DNA of 64,000 nt, from NCBI GenBank assembly GCA_977020255.1, contig CDROCS010001028.1, positions 186,001 through 250,000 on the forward strand, written 5' to 3'. The notes under the pieces were generated by a model that made no database searches, had not been told where the DNA came from, and saw only the letters and a list, made by a program, of their open reading frames with translations. The stretch is from Obrimoposthia wandeli. Taxonomy: Eukaryota. The position numbers and the translations under genes are program-made. Below, piece by piece: positions 30,619-40,744 of the stretch (position 1 is its first letter; every line of letters starts with the position of its first letter).

Positions 30619-31101
30619 TATGCTTTATTCATTAAATATCGTTATGCAAACGTACTCTCACTCAATAAGGATAAATGAGAATGCCATCACAGAATATTTA
30701 ATCGCAAAAACCGTTACAGAAAGCTAAGATTTCGCTTTTATTAAATACATTAAATAATAAGTAAAATTAAGGGGTTGTTGAAAAATCATGACGAAACCTA
30801 ACAGTCGTAATTTCATGACGTTTAAAACTTGCGTATCTCTATCGTCATAGAGATACGCATACTGTGTTGTGGTGCTAATATAGGCAAGCCTTCTCACTCC
30901 CATCATTAGGAGAGGTATTGCGGTGCAAAGCGGGCCGAGGGTATCCATATTTAAAGCGGCTAAAAATGTAGATGTTTGATACGCTTAATTCTTAAGAGCC
31001 AGTATATGATTAGTAACGTGAAGAAGCCGCCAATACTGGCTTCACGATTAGCCCATTACTATAATGGAGACATAATTTTTCGTTATCTCGGCAAACAATA
31101 C

Positions 31102-31142
31102 AAAAAAAGCCAAACACAGCTAACACCTTGTTTGGCTTTTTT
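31102..31142. terminator. Terminator at the end of the eut operon
   Basis: AAAAAAAGCCAAACA...TGTTTGGCTTTTTT. Confidence 0.8.
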
Positions 31143-31153
31143 ATCTCTTTTTA

Positions 31154-32266
31154 TTATGCGACTTTTTCTACACCTTTAACTTCTGGCTCTTCTGCCACGT
31201 TCATATTGCGTGTTACGTATACCGCGATAAATAACGCTGACACACCGCCAACCAATTTACCTAATACCACCGCTGAAATTAAGTCACTATTTACAGCAGC
31301 TGTGAAACCAAGGTGATCACCAAAAGCGAATGAAGCACACACGGCAAAAGCAACGTTGATGATTTTCCCACGGTTATCCATGTCTTTTAAGATATTAAAC
31401 ATTGCAATGCTATTCGCTAATGTTGCCACCAAACCCGCCGCTGCAGTTTCACCCATACCCATCGCACGACCAAGCTTAATCAATGGTTTATTAAAATGCT
31501 TAGTGATGAAATGAACCATCGGGAACGCACCTGCTAAAACAATCGCAATTGAACCGATAATTTCAATACCGTCAGAAATTGGCGCCATACCCGGAATAAC
31601 TACAAACCCTGTTAAGGTTTCAACCACAATGGCTGCCAGTGCTAGGGTGATTATCGCAATAACGCCTTTACCAAAGACTTCAAATCCACGGATCATCGCA
31701 TCTGGTTTTAGCCATAAACCCACAGCAATTAACCCTGCTACAATAACAATAGGTACAAGGTTTCCTAAGATCATCGCTAAATCAAACCCTGCAAATAACC
31801 CACCAACCAAACAACCTACCGGAATAGTCGTTAAGCCAATTAACACACCACGAGCAAGAAAAGGTGTATCTTCTTTATTGATAATGCCCAACGCGACAGG
31901 AATGGTAAACACAATCGTTGGCCCCATCATTGAGCCTAAAATTAGCCCTGCAAAGTTACCTGCTTCTGGTGTTTGAGCCATACTCATTGCTAACGGGTAC
32001 CCCCCCATGTCATTGGCTAATAATGTGCCCGCAAACATGGCAGGATCAGCACCCAGCGCAGTGTAAAGTGGAACAACAACAGGACTAAGTAACGTTGCAA
32101 GTACCGGAGCTAAACTCACAACCCCAACCATAGCTAATGCCAACGCGCCCATCGCCATAAAACCTTCATCAAACTTTTCGCCATACCCCCAACGATTTCC
32201 AAGCGCTTTATCCACCGCACCAAGAATCATAAAGCCGACCATAATGTATATAATAATGTCATTCAT
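31154..32266 (-). CDS. eutH: Ethanolamine permease EutH
   Basis: LANDMGGYPLA, GSMMGPTIVFTIPVALG, FAFGDHLGF. Confidence 0.93.
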   Translation of the reverse strand: MNDIIIYIMVGFMILGAVDKALGNRWGYGEKFDEGFMAMGALALAMVGVVSLAPVLATLLSPVVVPLYTALGADPAMFAGTLLANDMGGYPLAMSMAQTPEAGNFAGLILGSMMGPTIVFTIPVALGIINKEDTPFLARGVLIGLTTIPVGCLVGGLFAGFDLAMILGNLVPIVIVAGLIAVGLWLKPDAMIRGFEVFGKGVIAIITLALAAIVVETLTGFVVIPGMAPISDGIEIIGSIAIVLAGAFPMVHFITKHFNKPLIKLGRAMGMGETAAAGLVATLANSIAMFNILKDMDNRGKIINVAFAVCASFAFGDHLGFTAAVNSDLISAVVLGKLVGGVSALFIAVYVTRNMNVAEEPEVKGVEKVA

Positions 32267-32329
32267 GATATTTTTTCCCTAAAAATGATATGCAAATATT
32301 TAAAAATCAAAGTGTTAATCATTACTAAA

Positions 32330-32881
32330 CTAAATCGTACCTTGTAAAATTTCTTTCGATGGCTGTGCAATTACCACTTTATCTACCAGTACGCCTTTTC
32401 CTTTTATTCTTTCTGCTGCGGCATCAACGGCCGCTTGTACTGACGCGACATCTCCTGTTAACGTCACAAATCCTTTCCCACCAATCGCCATCGCCATGTG
32501 CACTTCTAGTAACTCCACATTAGCGGCTTTTACTGCCGCATCTGCCGCTTCTACAATGGCCGCAACAGAGAAGGTTTCAACAATGCCTAATGCCCCTGTT
32601 TTTTCTACCACTCGCGTTCCAGAAATAGCAGGAAATACATCAGGATGAACATTCGCAATAACCAGATCATCCACAACTTCACCACCACCAATTCGCAATC
32701 CAGTATCAATCGCAGCATTAACGGAAGCGACATCACCAGCCACCATAATCATGAATTTTCCGGGACAAATAGTTCGGTTAAATAAAATCTCTATATTTGC
32801 CGCTTTTAACATGGCATCAGAGACTAAAAAGCCACGAGCTATTGAATTTAATTCAATACAACCTATTGAAGTTAACATCAC
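32330..32881 (-). CDS. pduT: Tandem BMC shell protein (BMC-T), PduT-like
   Basis: IELNSIARG, RTICPGK (Fe-S ligand Cys), AIGGKG. Confidence 0.88.
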   Translation of the reverse strand: MMLTSIGCIELNSIARGFLVSDAMLKAANIEILFNRTICPGKFMIMVAGDVASVNAAIDTGLRIGGGEVVDDLVIANVHPDVFPAISGTRVVEKTGALGIVETFSVAAIVEAADAAVKAANVELLEVHMAMAIGGKGFVTLTGDVASVQAAVDAAAERIKGKGVLVDKVVIAQPSKEILQGTI

Positions 32882-32890
32882 GATCTCTTT

Positions 32891-34252
32891 CTAAATTCGT
32901 TTGATAACAATAACGTTATCCACTGAAATAACGGTGCCATCAATACTTGAATGCACAGCAACACTTAATGCATCAGGGGCTGCCTGACCAATAATTTGAC
33001 CTTTTTTTACACTGTCACCCACCTTAACTATTGCTACCGCAGGCTTACCAATATGTTGAGATAAAGGGATAGTGACTTGATTTATATCGACTGGTATTTT
33101 TGTTGACGTTTGATTTTTCAACACATCAAACTCAATGAATTCCGCTTTAATGTGGATATAATCGGTTAATTCTAAACGACGAACTAAACGCTTAGTTGGC
33201 ACACCTCGATATTCTCTTAATGGATGAACATCAATGGTTCTTTCTTGTAATTGAACCGGTGTAAGTAATTGATTATTATCTCGCAGGGTTCTTTTTGTTA
33301 TGCCGCATACTCGACTTGGATCTAACCCTTCAGGGCACGACCACATAGTACATAAGTTGCATCCACTACACGCTTGCGCTGCCAATGCATCAGGTAAGTT
33401 ATTTACACCAGAAACTTGCAACGAACGCATAGCTAAATGGGGTTGTATTGGATAACCAAGCAAGCCTCTAGGGCACATTGAGCTGCACATTCGGCATTGA
33501 TCACACGCCGCTTTACCAATGCGAAGTAAATCTTGCTCACTGCGCTGTTTAATACGGGCGACTCGGTTCGTTTTTGGTAGAACAAGCAATCCACTCGATA
33601 TTTTGGTCACAGGCTGAGACAAATCCTCAGTTACCGAACCCATCATTGGCCCACCTTCGACTACAACGAAATCATGACATGTGATTCCCCCCGCCAGATC
33701 TATCGCTTCTTGATAAGTGATACCAATTGGCAGCCAAGCTGTGTAAGGAGTAACAACTTCACCATGAACGGTAATCATGGTTTCTGTAACGGCAATATTC
33801 TTTGAGGCTCGAAACACATTGATAAACGATTCAATGTTATTCACCATCACACCAATGTCTTTTGGTAAGCCACCAGAAGGGATGCGTTTACCTGTGGCTT
33901 TATAGACTAATTCAACTTCATCCCCTGCGGGATACACATCATCCATCAAGCATAAATCAATCGTATTCGGTAATGTGGCTTCCAGTATCGCTATCGTATC
34001 GGTGTTTTTCTTTTTAATGCCAATCACACCACGGCTTGCCCCTACTTCTTTCATAGCAAGCAACATTCCGCCAAAAAGATCACTCGTCCAACGCTGCATA
34101 AGAATCTGATCTTTATATAATAAAGGCTCACACTCTGCACCATTCGCTAAGACCATATCCACCTGACAGTCTAGCTTAACGTAAGTGGGGAACCCTGCCC
34201 CACCTGCGCCAATAACACCACTGTCTTGAACCTGTTTTAACAACGGATTCAT
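32891..34252 (-). CDS. pduS: PduS-like (RnfC-like) cobalamin reductase
   Basis: GAGGAGFPT, NGAECEPLL, GGPMMG, CDQCRMCSSMCP, CSGCNLC..SCP, PLSQHIG. Confidence 0.88.
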   Translation of the reverse strand: MNPLLKQVQDSGVIGAGGAGFPTYVKLDCQVDMVLANGAECEPLLYKDQILMQRWTSDLFGGMLLAMKEVGASRGVIGIKKKNTDTIAILEATLPNTIDLCLMDDVYPAGDEVELVYKATGKRIPSGGLPKDIGVMVNNIESFINVFRASKNIAVTETMITVHGEVVTPYTAWLPIGITYQEAIDLAGGITCHDFVVVEGGPMMGSVTEDLSQPVTKISSGLLVLPKTNRVARIKQRSEQDLLRIGKAACDQCRMCSSMCPRGLLGYPIQPHLAMRSLQVSGVNNLPDALAAQACSGCNLCTMWSCPEGLDPSRVCGITKRTLRDNNQLLTPVQLQERTIDVHPLREYRGVPTKRLVRRLELTDYIHIKAEFIEFDVLKNQTSTKIPVDINQVTIPLSQHIGKPAVAIVKVGDSVKKGQIIGQAAPDALSVAVHSSIDGTVISVDNVIVIKRI

Positions 34253-34267
34253 CGACCACTCCTAAAA

Positions 34268-34924
34268 TCAGTTTGCAATAGGGTTGCGAGCAACATCAAT
34301 CACCGCGGCTTCAAATGCGTCACAAGCAGCTCGACACGCGGCCTGTGAACCCGTTAAATGACCACCACCAAAGTTTGTTTCTGATGGGGGAGCAAATAAA
34401 TTCACCAAAGTAACATCGGCCGCTTTTAGGGCTGCGTCTAACCCAACCATTGCTTCAAGTGGCGGAGCAATTAAATACGCTAGGGCTTCCCCTGTTTCTA
34501 CCCCTGCTTCTTGAGATAAAAACGTGCCAGTTGACGACACTAAGTGTGCAAAATAGGCAATATCTCCCGCTTCATTTGCACACTGAAAACCCGCTTCAAA
34601 TTCAATGTATGACTTAACTCTTTCAAGCCCTGCAATTACATCCGCAGGATTGGTCGCAGCAATAATACCGATAACCTCACCAGATGTTGGGCCTGAAGAA
34701 TGAGCAGCACCTGCATAGAAAGATTTGGCATAAACCACATCCACATTTGCTGCTTTAGTGGCTTCATCTAACGCACAATAAGTCACATCATCGCAATCGG
34801 CCGTAATTAAACCAATGCTGTTATGATGATCTTTCAGGCCTAATTTTTCTTTATAAACGGCGTCAACAGAAGCGATCACTCGTGTTGCTAAAACTGATGG
34901 TTGGATCTTGTCATAAATAGCCAT
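34268..34924 (-). CDS. eutL: BMC-T shell protein EutL
   Basis: ALDEATK.ANVDVVYAKSFYAG, PPSETNFGGG.LTGSQAAC. Confidence 0.95.
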   Translation of the reverse strand: MAIYDKIQPSVLATRVIASVDAVYKEKLGLKDHHNSIGLITADCDDVTYCALDEATKAANVDVVYAKSFYAGAAHSSGPTSGEVIGIIAATNPADVIAGLERVKSYIEFEAGFQCANEAGDIAYFAHLVSSTGTFLSQEAGVETGEALAYLIAPPLEAMVGLDAALKAADVTLVNLFAPPSETNFGGGHLTGSQAACRAACDAFEAAVIDVARNPIAN

Positions 34925-34937
34925 AGTTACTCTCCTG

Positions 34938-35834
34938 TTAACGCTTTAAATTAATGCCACTGGCTTGTTTAGCGATCATCTCTTTTACTAAATCAACGAT
35001 CACAGCAGCAGCTTCTACTGGTGGAGTGCCTCCTGCGTGAATATTCGAGATAACCGTACGATCCGATTCAACGGTATTTTCTGTTGGGTTATAAATGGCG
35101 TAACAACTTAATGATTCAGATTGGCCTAATCCCGGACGCTCACCAATCAATAGAACATTGACTTGTGCATTCAATAACATGCCAATTTCATCTTGCGCTT
35201 TTACTCGTCCATAGCGTAAGAAGAAAGGCGTACCCACATCTAACCCGGCATTTTTAAGACCGTTTAATAACGCAGGTAAAATTTCACCGTGGTTGCTTGT
35301 AACAGCATCCAAACTCAAACCGTCAGATAACACGACTTGCACTTGAGGTGCTTGCTTGCATTGATCTTTAAGTATCGTTTTTGCTTCATCATTTAACTTA
35401 CGTCCTAAATCAGGACGTGTTAAATATTGGTCTTTATCAATGGCACACGTTTGCACTTCAATTAAATTTCGTTCTTGTAACCAAGTAGATTCCACATTTT
35501 TAATTACGGTATCTTTAGAGCGAGAGTGATCGGCTAAGAAACGCAATAACGCCACAGTACGAGGACGAGGGCCAGCACGGCCAGTACCCATACGTGCATT
35601 GGTTTGACTCATTAAGTCATCGACAATTTTTGGGTCGGCTGCATTTTTAACGCCGTTCCATTTTTTAAAGCGCAGCTCACCAAGATCGGGTAAAGAATCA
35701 TCCCCGATTGGAGATTGGTTAATGGCATTAACGGAATCATCAACAATTTTTGTGATGGTTGATGGCTGAATATTGGTTTCACCAAGTTGGGCTAATACCG
35801 TCGCGACAATGCTTTGAATATTTTGATCGTTCAT
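34938..35834 (-). CDS. eutC: Ethanolamine ammonia-lyase small subunit
   Basis: [27 protein letters not shown]; N-terminal encapsulation peptide. Confidence 0.96.
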   Translation of the reverse strand: MNDQNIQSIVATVLAQLGETNIQPSTITKIVDDSVNAINQSPIGDDSLPDLGELRFKKWNGVKNAADPKIVDDLMSQTNARMGTGRAGPRPRTVALLRFLADHSRSKDTVIKNVESTWLQERNLIEVQTCAIDKDQYLTRPDLGRKLNDEAKTILKDQCKQAPQVQVVLSDGLSLDAVTSNHGEILPALLNGLKNAGLDVGTPFFLRYGRVKAQDEIGMLLNAQVNVLLIGERPGLGQSESLSCYAIYNPTENTVESDRTVISNIHAGGTPPVEAAAVIVDLVKEMIAKQASGINLKR

Positions 35835-35844
35835 TACCTATTCC

Positions 35845-37209
35845 TTACTTAAAGAAAATTGACGGATCGCCTGCTTTTGGTGTTAGGCGTCCATTTTCCA
35901 TTAATCCCATTGTTTCCATCCACGCTTCAAATTCTGGAGCAGGACGTAAATTCAATAATTGGCGAGCGGTCGCTGTGTCATGAAATGCCGTTGTTTGGTA
36001 ATTCAACATAATGTCATCACCCATAGGCATACCAATCACAAAATTCACACCTGACGCTGCCAGTAATACCAATAAGTTTTCATTCGAGTTTTGATCAGTA
36101 TCGGCATGGTTGGTGTAACACGCATCACAGCCCATTGGCATTCCTGATAACTTGCCCATGAAGTGGTCTTCTAAACCAGCACGAATGATCTGTTGATGGT
36201 TATACAAATACTCAGGCCCAATAAAGCCGACTACTGTGTTAACCAAATGCGGATTGTAACGTTGAGCAAGGGCATAACAACGCGCTTCCATGGTCATTTG
36301 ATCGGCACCATTATGAGCATTAGCAGATAAGGCAGAACCTTGACCTGTTTCAAAGTACATCATATTTTCGCCTGCCAAATTGCTGTATTGCTTACCAATT
36401 TCATAAGCTTCATCCAGCATCTCGACACTCACACCAAATTCATTTAACCCTTTCTCTGATCCCGCAATACTTTGGAATAGCAGACCCGCAGGAGCGCCTT
36501 TACGAACGGCTTCCATTTGAGTTGTAATATGCGCTAATACACAAGGTTGAGTTGGTATATCAAACTTGGTGATCACTTCTTGAATGGAATTCAGCATTTG
36601 CGTGGTGTTCTCAACACTGTCTGTTACAGGGTTAATTCCTATCACCGCATCACCACAACCAAACGAAAGGCCTTCATACGTTTGCGCTAAAATAGAGCTT
36701 ACGTTATCGCGCGTGTCATTTGGTTGAAGGCGACAACTAAAACGTCCAGGAAGGCCAACGGTTGCATTCGCTTTCGTCACTACCGTTAGTTTTTTACCGC
36801 CATACATCAGGTCACTGTTTGAACTTAATTTTGCCGCTGCCGACACCATTTCAGCCGTCAGGCCTTTGCGTAAACGTTGATAATCTTCTCTGGTTGGTTC
36901 ATCAGACAATACGTATTCACGCAGCTCACTGACGGTCCAGTTTTTAATACTTTCAAATACCGAACGATTCAAACTGTCTTGGTTAATGCGCGTAATAATG
37001 TCCGACTCATAACTTACAACTGGGTTTTCACGCAGATCATTCAACGTCATTTCAGACAACACGTGTTTTGCAGCAATTCGTTCTTGAGACGTCTTGGCAG
37101 CAATCCCTGCTAATACATCACCAGAGCGCAGTTCCGATGCTTTTGCTAATACATCTTTTACGTCTCTAAATTGATAGCTTTGACCAAACAGGCTCGTTTT
37201 CAATTTCAT
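35845..37209 (-). CDS. eutB: Ethanolamine ammonia-lyase large subunit
   Basis: LRSGDVLAG, RLQPNDTRD, YFETGQGSALS, EDHFMGKL. Confidence 0.98.
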   Translation of the reverse strand: MKLKTSLFGQSYQFRDVKDVLAKASELRSGDVLAGIAAKTSQERIAAKHVLSEMTLNDLRENPVVSYESDIITRINQDSLNRSVFESIKNWTVSELREYVLSDEPTREDYQRLRKGLTAEMVSAAAKLSSNSDLMYGGKKLTVVTKANATVGLPGRFSCRLQPNDTRDNVSSILAQTYEGLSFGCGDAVIGINPVTDSVENTTQMLNSIQEVITKFDIPTQPCVLAHITTQMEAVRKGAPAGLLFQSIAGSEKGLNEFGVSVEMLDEAYEIGKQYSNLAGENMMYFETGQGSALSANAHNGADQMTMEARCYALAQRYNPHLVNTVVGFIGPEYLYNHQQIIRAGLEDHFMGKLSGMPMGCDACYTNHADTDQNSNENLLVLLAASGVNFVIGMPMGDDIMLNYQTTAFHDTATARQLLNLRPAPEFEAWMETMGLMENGRLTPKAGDPSIFFK

Positions 37210-37223
37210 AAAATACTTCCTAA

Positions 37224-38654
37224 TTAAGATGGAAAGGCAAGAGATTTAACGGTTAACGGTACAATCTCTCCACCGAAATAACTTTTCCCAATATCGATGT
37301 AGTCCCCTTCATGAGTCGCTACTTCGTCAATAACACTTAATGCATTTGTGGCCAATAACGGCTGCAGTTCCATGCCTAACGCCTTACCTATGTCGTTATG
37401 CAGAACCACTAAAAACATGACATGATGGTTACCATGCTTCTCATAAAATAACGCTAATTCACGAGCAAGATGCTGAACTGCTTTATAAGTGATGGGCATC
37501 GATTCATCAAAAGAGATAGCGTAATGATCATTTGATAACCCTAAATCCATTCGCTCCGCGGCAAGCACAATTTCACTGCAGATATCAGGAGAATCTTGCA
37601 GCCAATCTACCGATGGATGAACCACTGGAATATTCTTTAAAGGCAGTTCTTCTGCGTTTAACCAAATCGTCGAGCCCGATAACGTTAATGAATACGCACC
37701 AGCCCCAATAACCGTTGCTCTCACGGTTTGATTAGGCTTTTTAACAACAAATTTATCTAGTTCTTGATGGCGTAATAATGCTCTTGCCAGTAAAGGACCA
37801 ACATCACCAAATTGCATGGTGTTTTGCTCGCCTTGTTGTTGCGAATAAAAACACTCACCCACACCACCACTGATAAAGATGGCATCAATATCGGCAATGT
37901 CTTTTAGCTCTGGTGTTTGTAATAAACGAGCGGCTAATCCTGTTAACTTTCCGGTAAGGAGTTCAACAATGAGATCCGCCATTCGAGCCACAATACGTAC
38001 TAAATAATCATGGTTGATTTGTCTTGGATTTAACGCTTCACTAAACAATTCATTAATTACGGTAATGGCAGGTTTATGTAAGTAACTCACTTCTCCCTGA
38101 GCATTGAGTTCAACTAAGCGTCCACCAATATTCAAGCACGCGGTATCAACCACTTTTCCACTATTAAAAACCACGTAATTTGACGTACCACCACCAATAT
38201 CAATGTTGATAACTTTGGCGTGGTTCTTTTCTGAATATTCTTGTGCGCCACTCCCACGGCCCGCAATAATAGATTCTAAATTCGGCCCTGCCGTAGCCAC
38301 CACAAAATCACCCAATTGATGGGATAGGTCCATAATGGCATCGCGCGCATTATGGGCTTTGGCTGTTTCACCGGTAATAATAATGGCACCGGTCTCTACG
38401 CCTTGTTGTTCAAACCCTGCCAAGGCAATTTGTTGATCAATAAACTGGCGCAATGCCACCACATCAATGACACCATCATGGGCAATTGGCGTAAACTCAA
38501 CAGGGCTTTGATAGCTGATTTCGCGGTCAATAAATTCATACATCGGCACCTGAGAAGCGGGCGCTCGGTTAACGACCGTCAACGTAGAAAATATAACTTG
38601 TGTAGTGGTGGTACCAATGTCTATCCCAACACTGTGTATGATTTTTCTTTCCAT
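37224..38654 (-). CDS. eutA: EAL reactivase EutA
   Basis: SVGIDIGTTTTQ, IITGE, DIGGGTSN, GDYIDIG. Confidence 0.96.
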   Translation of the reverse strand: MERKIIHSVGIDIGTTTTQVIFSTLTVVNRAPASQVPMYEFIDREISYQSPVEFTPIAHDGVIDVVALRQFIDQQIALAGFEQQGVETGAIIITGETAKAHNARDAIMDLSHQLGDFVVATAGPNLESIIAGRGSGAQEYSEKNHAKVINIDIGGGTSNYVVFNSGKVVDTACLNIGGRLVELNAQGEVSYLHKPAITVINELFSEALNPRQINHDYLVRIVARMADLIVELLTGKLTGLAARLLQTPELKDIADIDAIFISGGVGECFYSQQQGEQNTMQFGDVGPLLARALLRHQELDKFVVKKPNQTVRATVIGAGAYSLTLSGSTIWLNAEELPLKNIPVVHPSVDWLQDSPDICSEIVLAAERMDLGLSNDHYAISFDESMPITYKAVQHLARELALFYEKHGNHHVMFLVVLHNDIGKALGMELQPLLATNALSVIDEVATHEGDYIDIGKSYFGGEIVPLTVKSLAFPS

Positions 38655-39898
38655 CAGCAGCCTTCCATTCTCAATTCGCCAGCGAGCGCTTGTTCAAGTA
38701 AGGTGACAATTTGCTTTGCATTCACTTGGCGAGGCGTGCCTGTTAAACAAATGTCAGACATGGCTTGTTCTGCTATCGCTGTAAAATCATGTGGGGTGAT
38801 ATCAAAGCCAGCTAACGAGGTAGGTAAACCCAAATCATCAATCAATTGTCTGACTCTCAAAATGGCGGCCTGACAGAGTTCTCTCTGTGTCATTGAGTCA
38901 CGATCAACACCCAATGCTTTGGCTATTTCTGCATAACCACTTTCACAACATAAGCGATTGAATACCATCACATAAGGCAATAAAATCGCGTTGGCTACAC
39001 CATGAGGAATGTGATAAAACGCCCCCACTTGGTGAGAAATGGCGTGCACTAATCCTAAGCCAGAGTTACTGAACGACAACCCTGCTTTATAAGCGGCAAT
39101 CGCCATGCTGTGACGCATATCCATATCATCACCACAACCAACAGCGATGGGTAATGCTTTGATCACCATTTCTATCGAGTGATACGCGTAAGCCTGAGCC
39201 AACGGATTTGATTGACGTGAGGTGTACGCTTCAATCGCATGCGTCAACGTATCTATCCCTGTTGCAGCAGTAATCGCAGAAGGCACACCAAGCATTAAAG
39301 CAGGATCAAGCAGCGCCAAATCAGGCACTAACGCTGGCCCTTTAATCGGCACTTTAATGCTATTTACCACATCTTTAATCACCGTAATGTCGGTGGCTTC
39401 AGAGCCGGTTCCTGCGGTAGTTGGGATCGCCCCTAATCCAACATTACGTGAGGCTAACCCGCCCACTTTAAATTCAGACAGTGCTCCCTTATAGTCACCC
39501 AGCACCGCAATCGCTTTGGCGGTATCTAATGCCGAGCCACCACCTAAACCTAATACAAAATCGGCACCGCTTTCCGTCAGTATCGCCACGCCTTTTGCCA
39601 CTAATTCACTGTCAGGCTCACCTTGAACATCCGTGAATAGCGTGAACGTTAACCCTGCTAATTCAATGGCGGTTTGGCAACTTGCCGTTAAGCCTAATTG
39701 CCATACCATTTTATCTACCACCAATAAAATGTGCTTTGCACCAAGCTCATGAAGTGCAGATCCTAATTGATTCACACAATACGGCCCTGTCACCGTAATC
39801 GCAGGGGAGCGAAACGTGAAACTGGTGTTAAACTGACATTGCTGCAAGGTTTGAGTCACGATTGTTGCAATGGTGGAAGGTGAAATAGTGTTTGCCAT
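38654..39898 (-). CDS. eutG: Iron-containing alcohol dehydrogenase EutG
   Basis: GGGSALD, PTTAGTGSE, GIDTLTHAIEA, HAISH, HGVAN. Confidence 0.88.
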   Translation of the reverse strand: MANTISPSTIATIVTQTLQQCQFNTSFTFRSPAITVTGPYCVNQLGSALHELGAKHILLVVDKMVWQLGLTASCQTAIELAGLTFTLFTDVQGEPDSELVAKGVAILTESGADFVLGLGGGSALDTAKAIAVLGDYKGALSEFKVGGLASRNVGLGAIPTTAGTGSEATDITVIKDVVNSIKVPIKGPALVPDLALLDPALMLGVPSAITAATGIDTLTHAIEAYTSRQSNPLAQAYAYHSIEMVIKALPIAVGCGDDMDMRHSMAIAAYKAGLSFSNSGLGLVHAISHQVGAFYHIPHGVANAILLPYVMVFNRLCCESGYAEIAKALGVDRDSMTQRELCQAAILRVRQLIDDLGLPTSLAGFDITPHDFTAIAEQAMSDICLTGTPRQVNAKQIVTLLEQALAGELRMEGC

Positions 39899-39901
39899 AA
39901 T

Positions 39902-40741
39902 TTACTCTTCTTCTTGCAATGCAAGCCCGTAGCTCGCAATCGCTAAAGGGGTTAAATATAACGCGCGAGACAGTTCTATGATTTCAATCGTTGGGAAGGT
40001 TTGTTTAAAAATATCAGAGAAGCCTTTAATTAACGTGCCACCACCCGTTAGGTAAATCGCCTCAGGTTGGTGACCTGAAATATGCCCAGCAACAATATCG
40101 GACATTTTTTCAATTACTGGTTTTGCCATTGCTGCAATCATAGGATCGTCGTGACTGCGGCGTTTACACAATTCTGCCTCTTGCATATCAATACCTAGAC
40201 CACCAGCAATGGTTAAGCTGACATGACGTCCTCCTGATGGCTCATCCAAAGAAAGCTGTAACTCACCGTTTTCAATGATCGCAGTACCTGTTGTACCTCC
40301 ACCCACATCAACAACTGCACCGTTAGTTATGTGCAACAATGCCGCCACACTGCAAGGTTCATCAATCACATGATTTACCTTGACTCCAGCCGATTCCACG
40401 ACGTTAATCGAGATCCTAGGATCTGTACCCGGTGGGTATGAGGTGATCACTTCCTTAGGTTCAATACCTAATTTTTCTTGTACTTTATTCAACTGGCTAC
40501 GCACAATTCTGCATGCGCCTGCGTAATCCACAACAACGCCATCTCTTACGACATCAGCCCAATCAAGAAACGCTGCGATAGGCGTTCCTTGATCATTTAT
40601 GACGACGGTTTGGATGTCTGCTGTTCCTAAATCGACCCCAATAAAGACATTTTCTGGACTGTTAAATGGCGTTTCATCATTTACAATCTCATCAATAATC
40701 AATAGGTTTTCATTAGCTTTCGCAAGATAATCCGTCTTCAT
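39902..40741 (-). CDS. eutJ: EutJ (Hsp70/actin-like ATPase)
   Basis: GVDLGTA, VVRDG.VVDY, DVGGGTTG. Confidence 0.93.
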   Translation of the reverse strand: MKTDYLAKANENLLIIDEIVNDETPFNSPENVFIGVDLGTADIQTVVINDQGTPIAAFLDWADVVRDGVVVDYAGACRIVRSQLNKVQEKLGIEPKEVITSYPPGTDPRISINVVESAGVKVNHVIDEPCSVAALLHITNGAVVDVGGGTTGTAIIENGELQLSLDEPSGGRHVSLTIAGGLGIDMQEAELCKRRSHDDPMIAAMAKPVIEKMSDIVAGHISGHQPEAIYLTGGGTLIKGFSDIFKQTFPTIEIIELSRALYLTPLAIASYGLALQEEE

Positions 40742-40744
40742 GGC

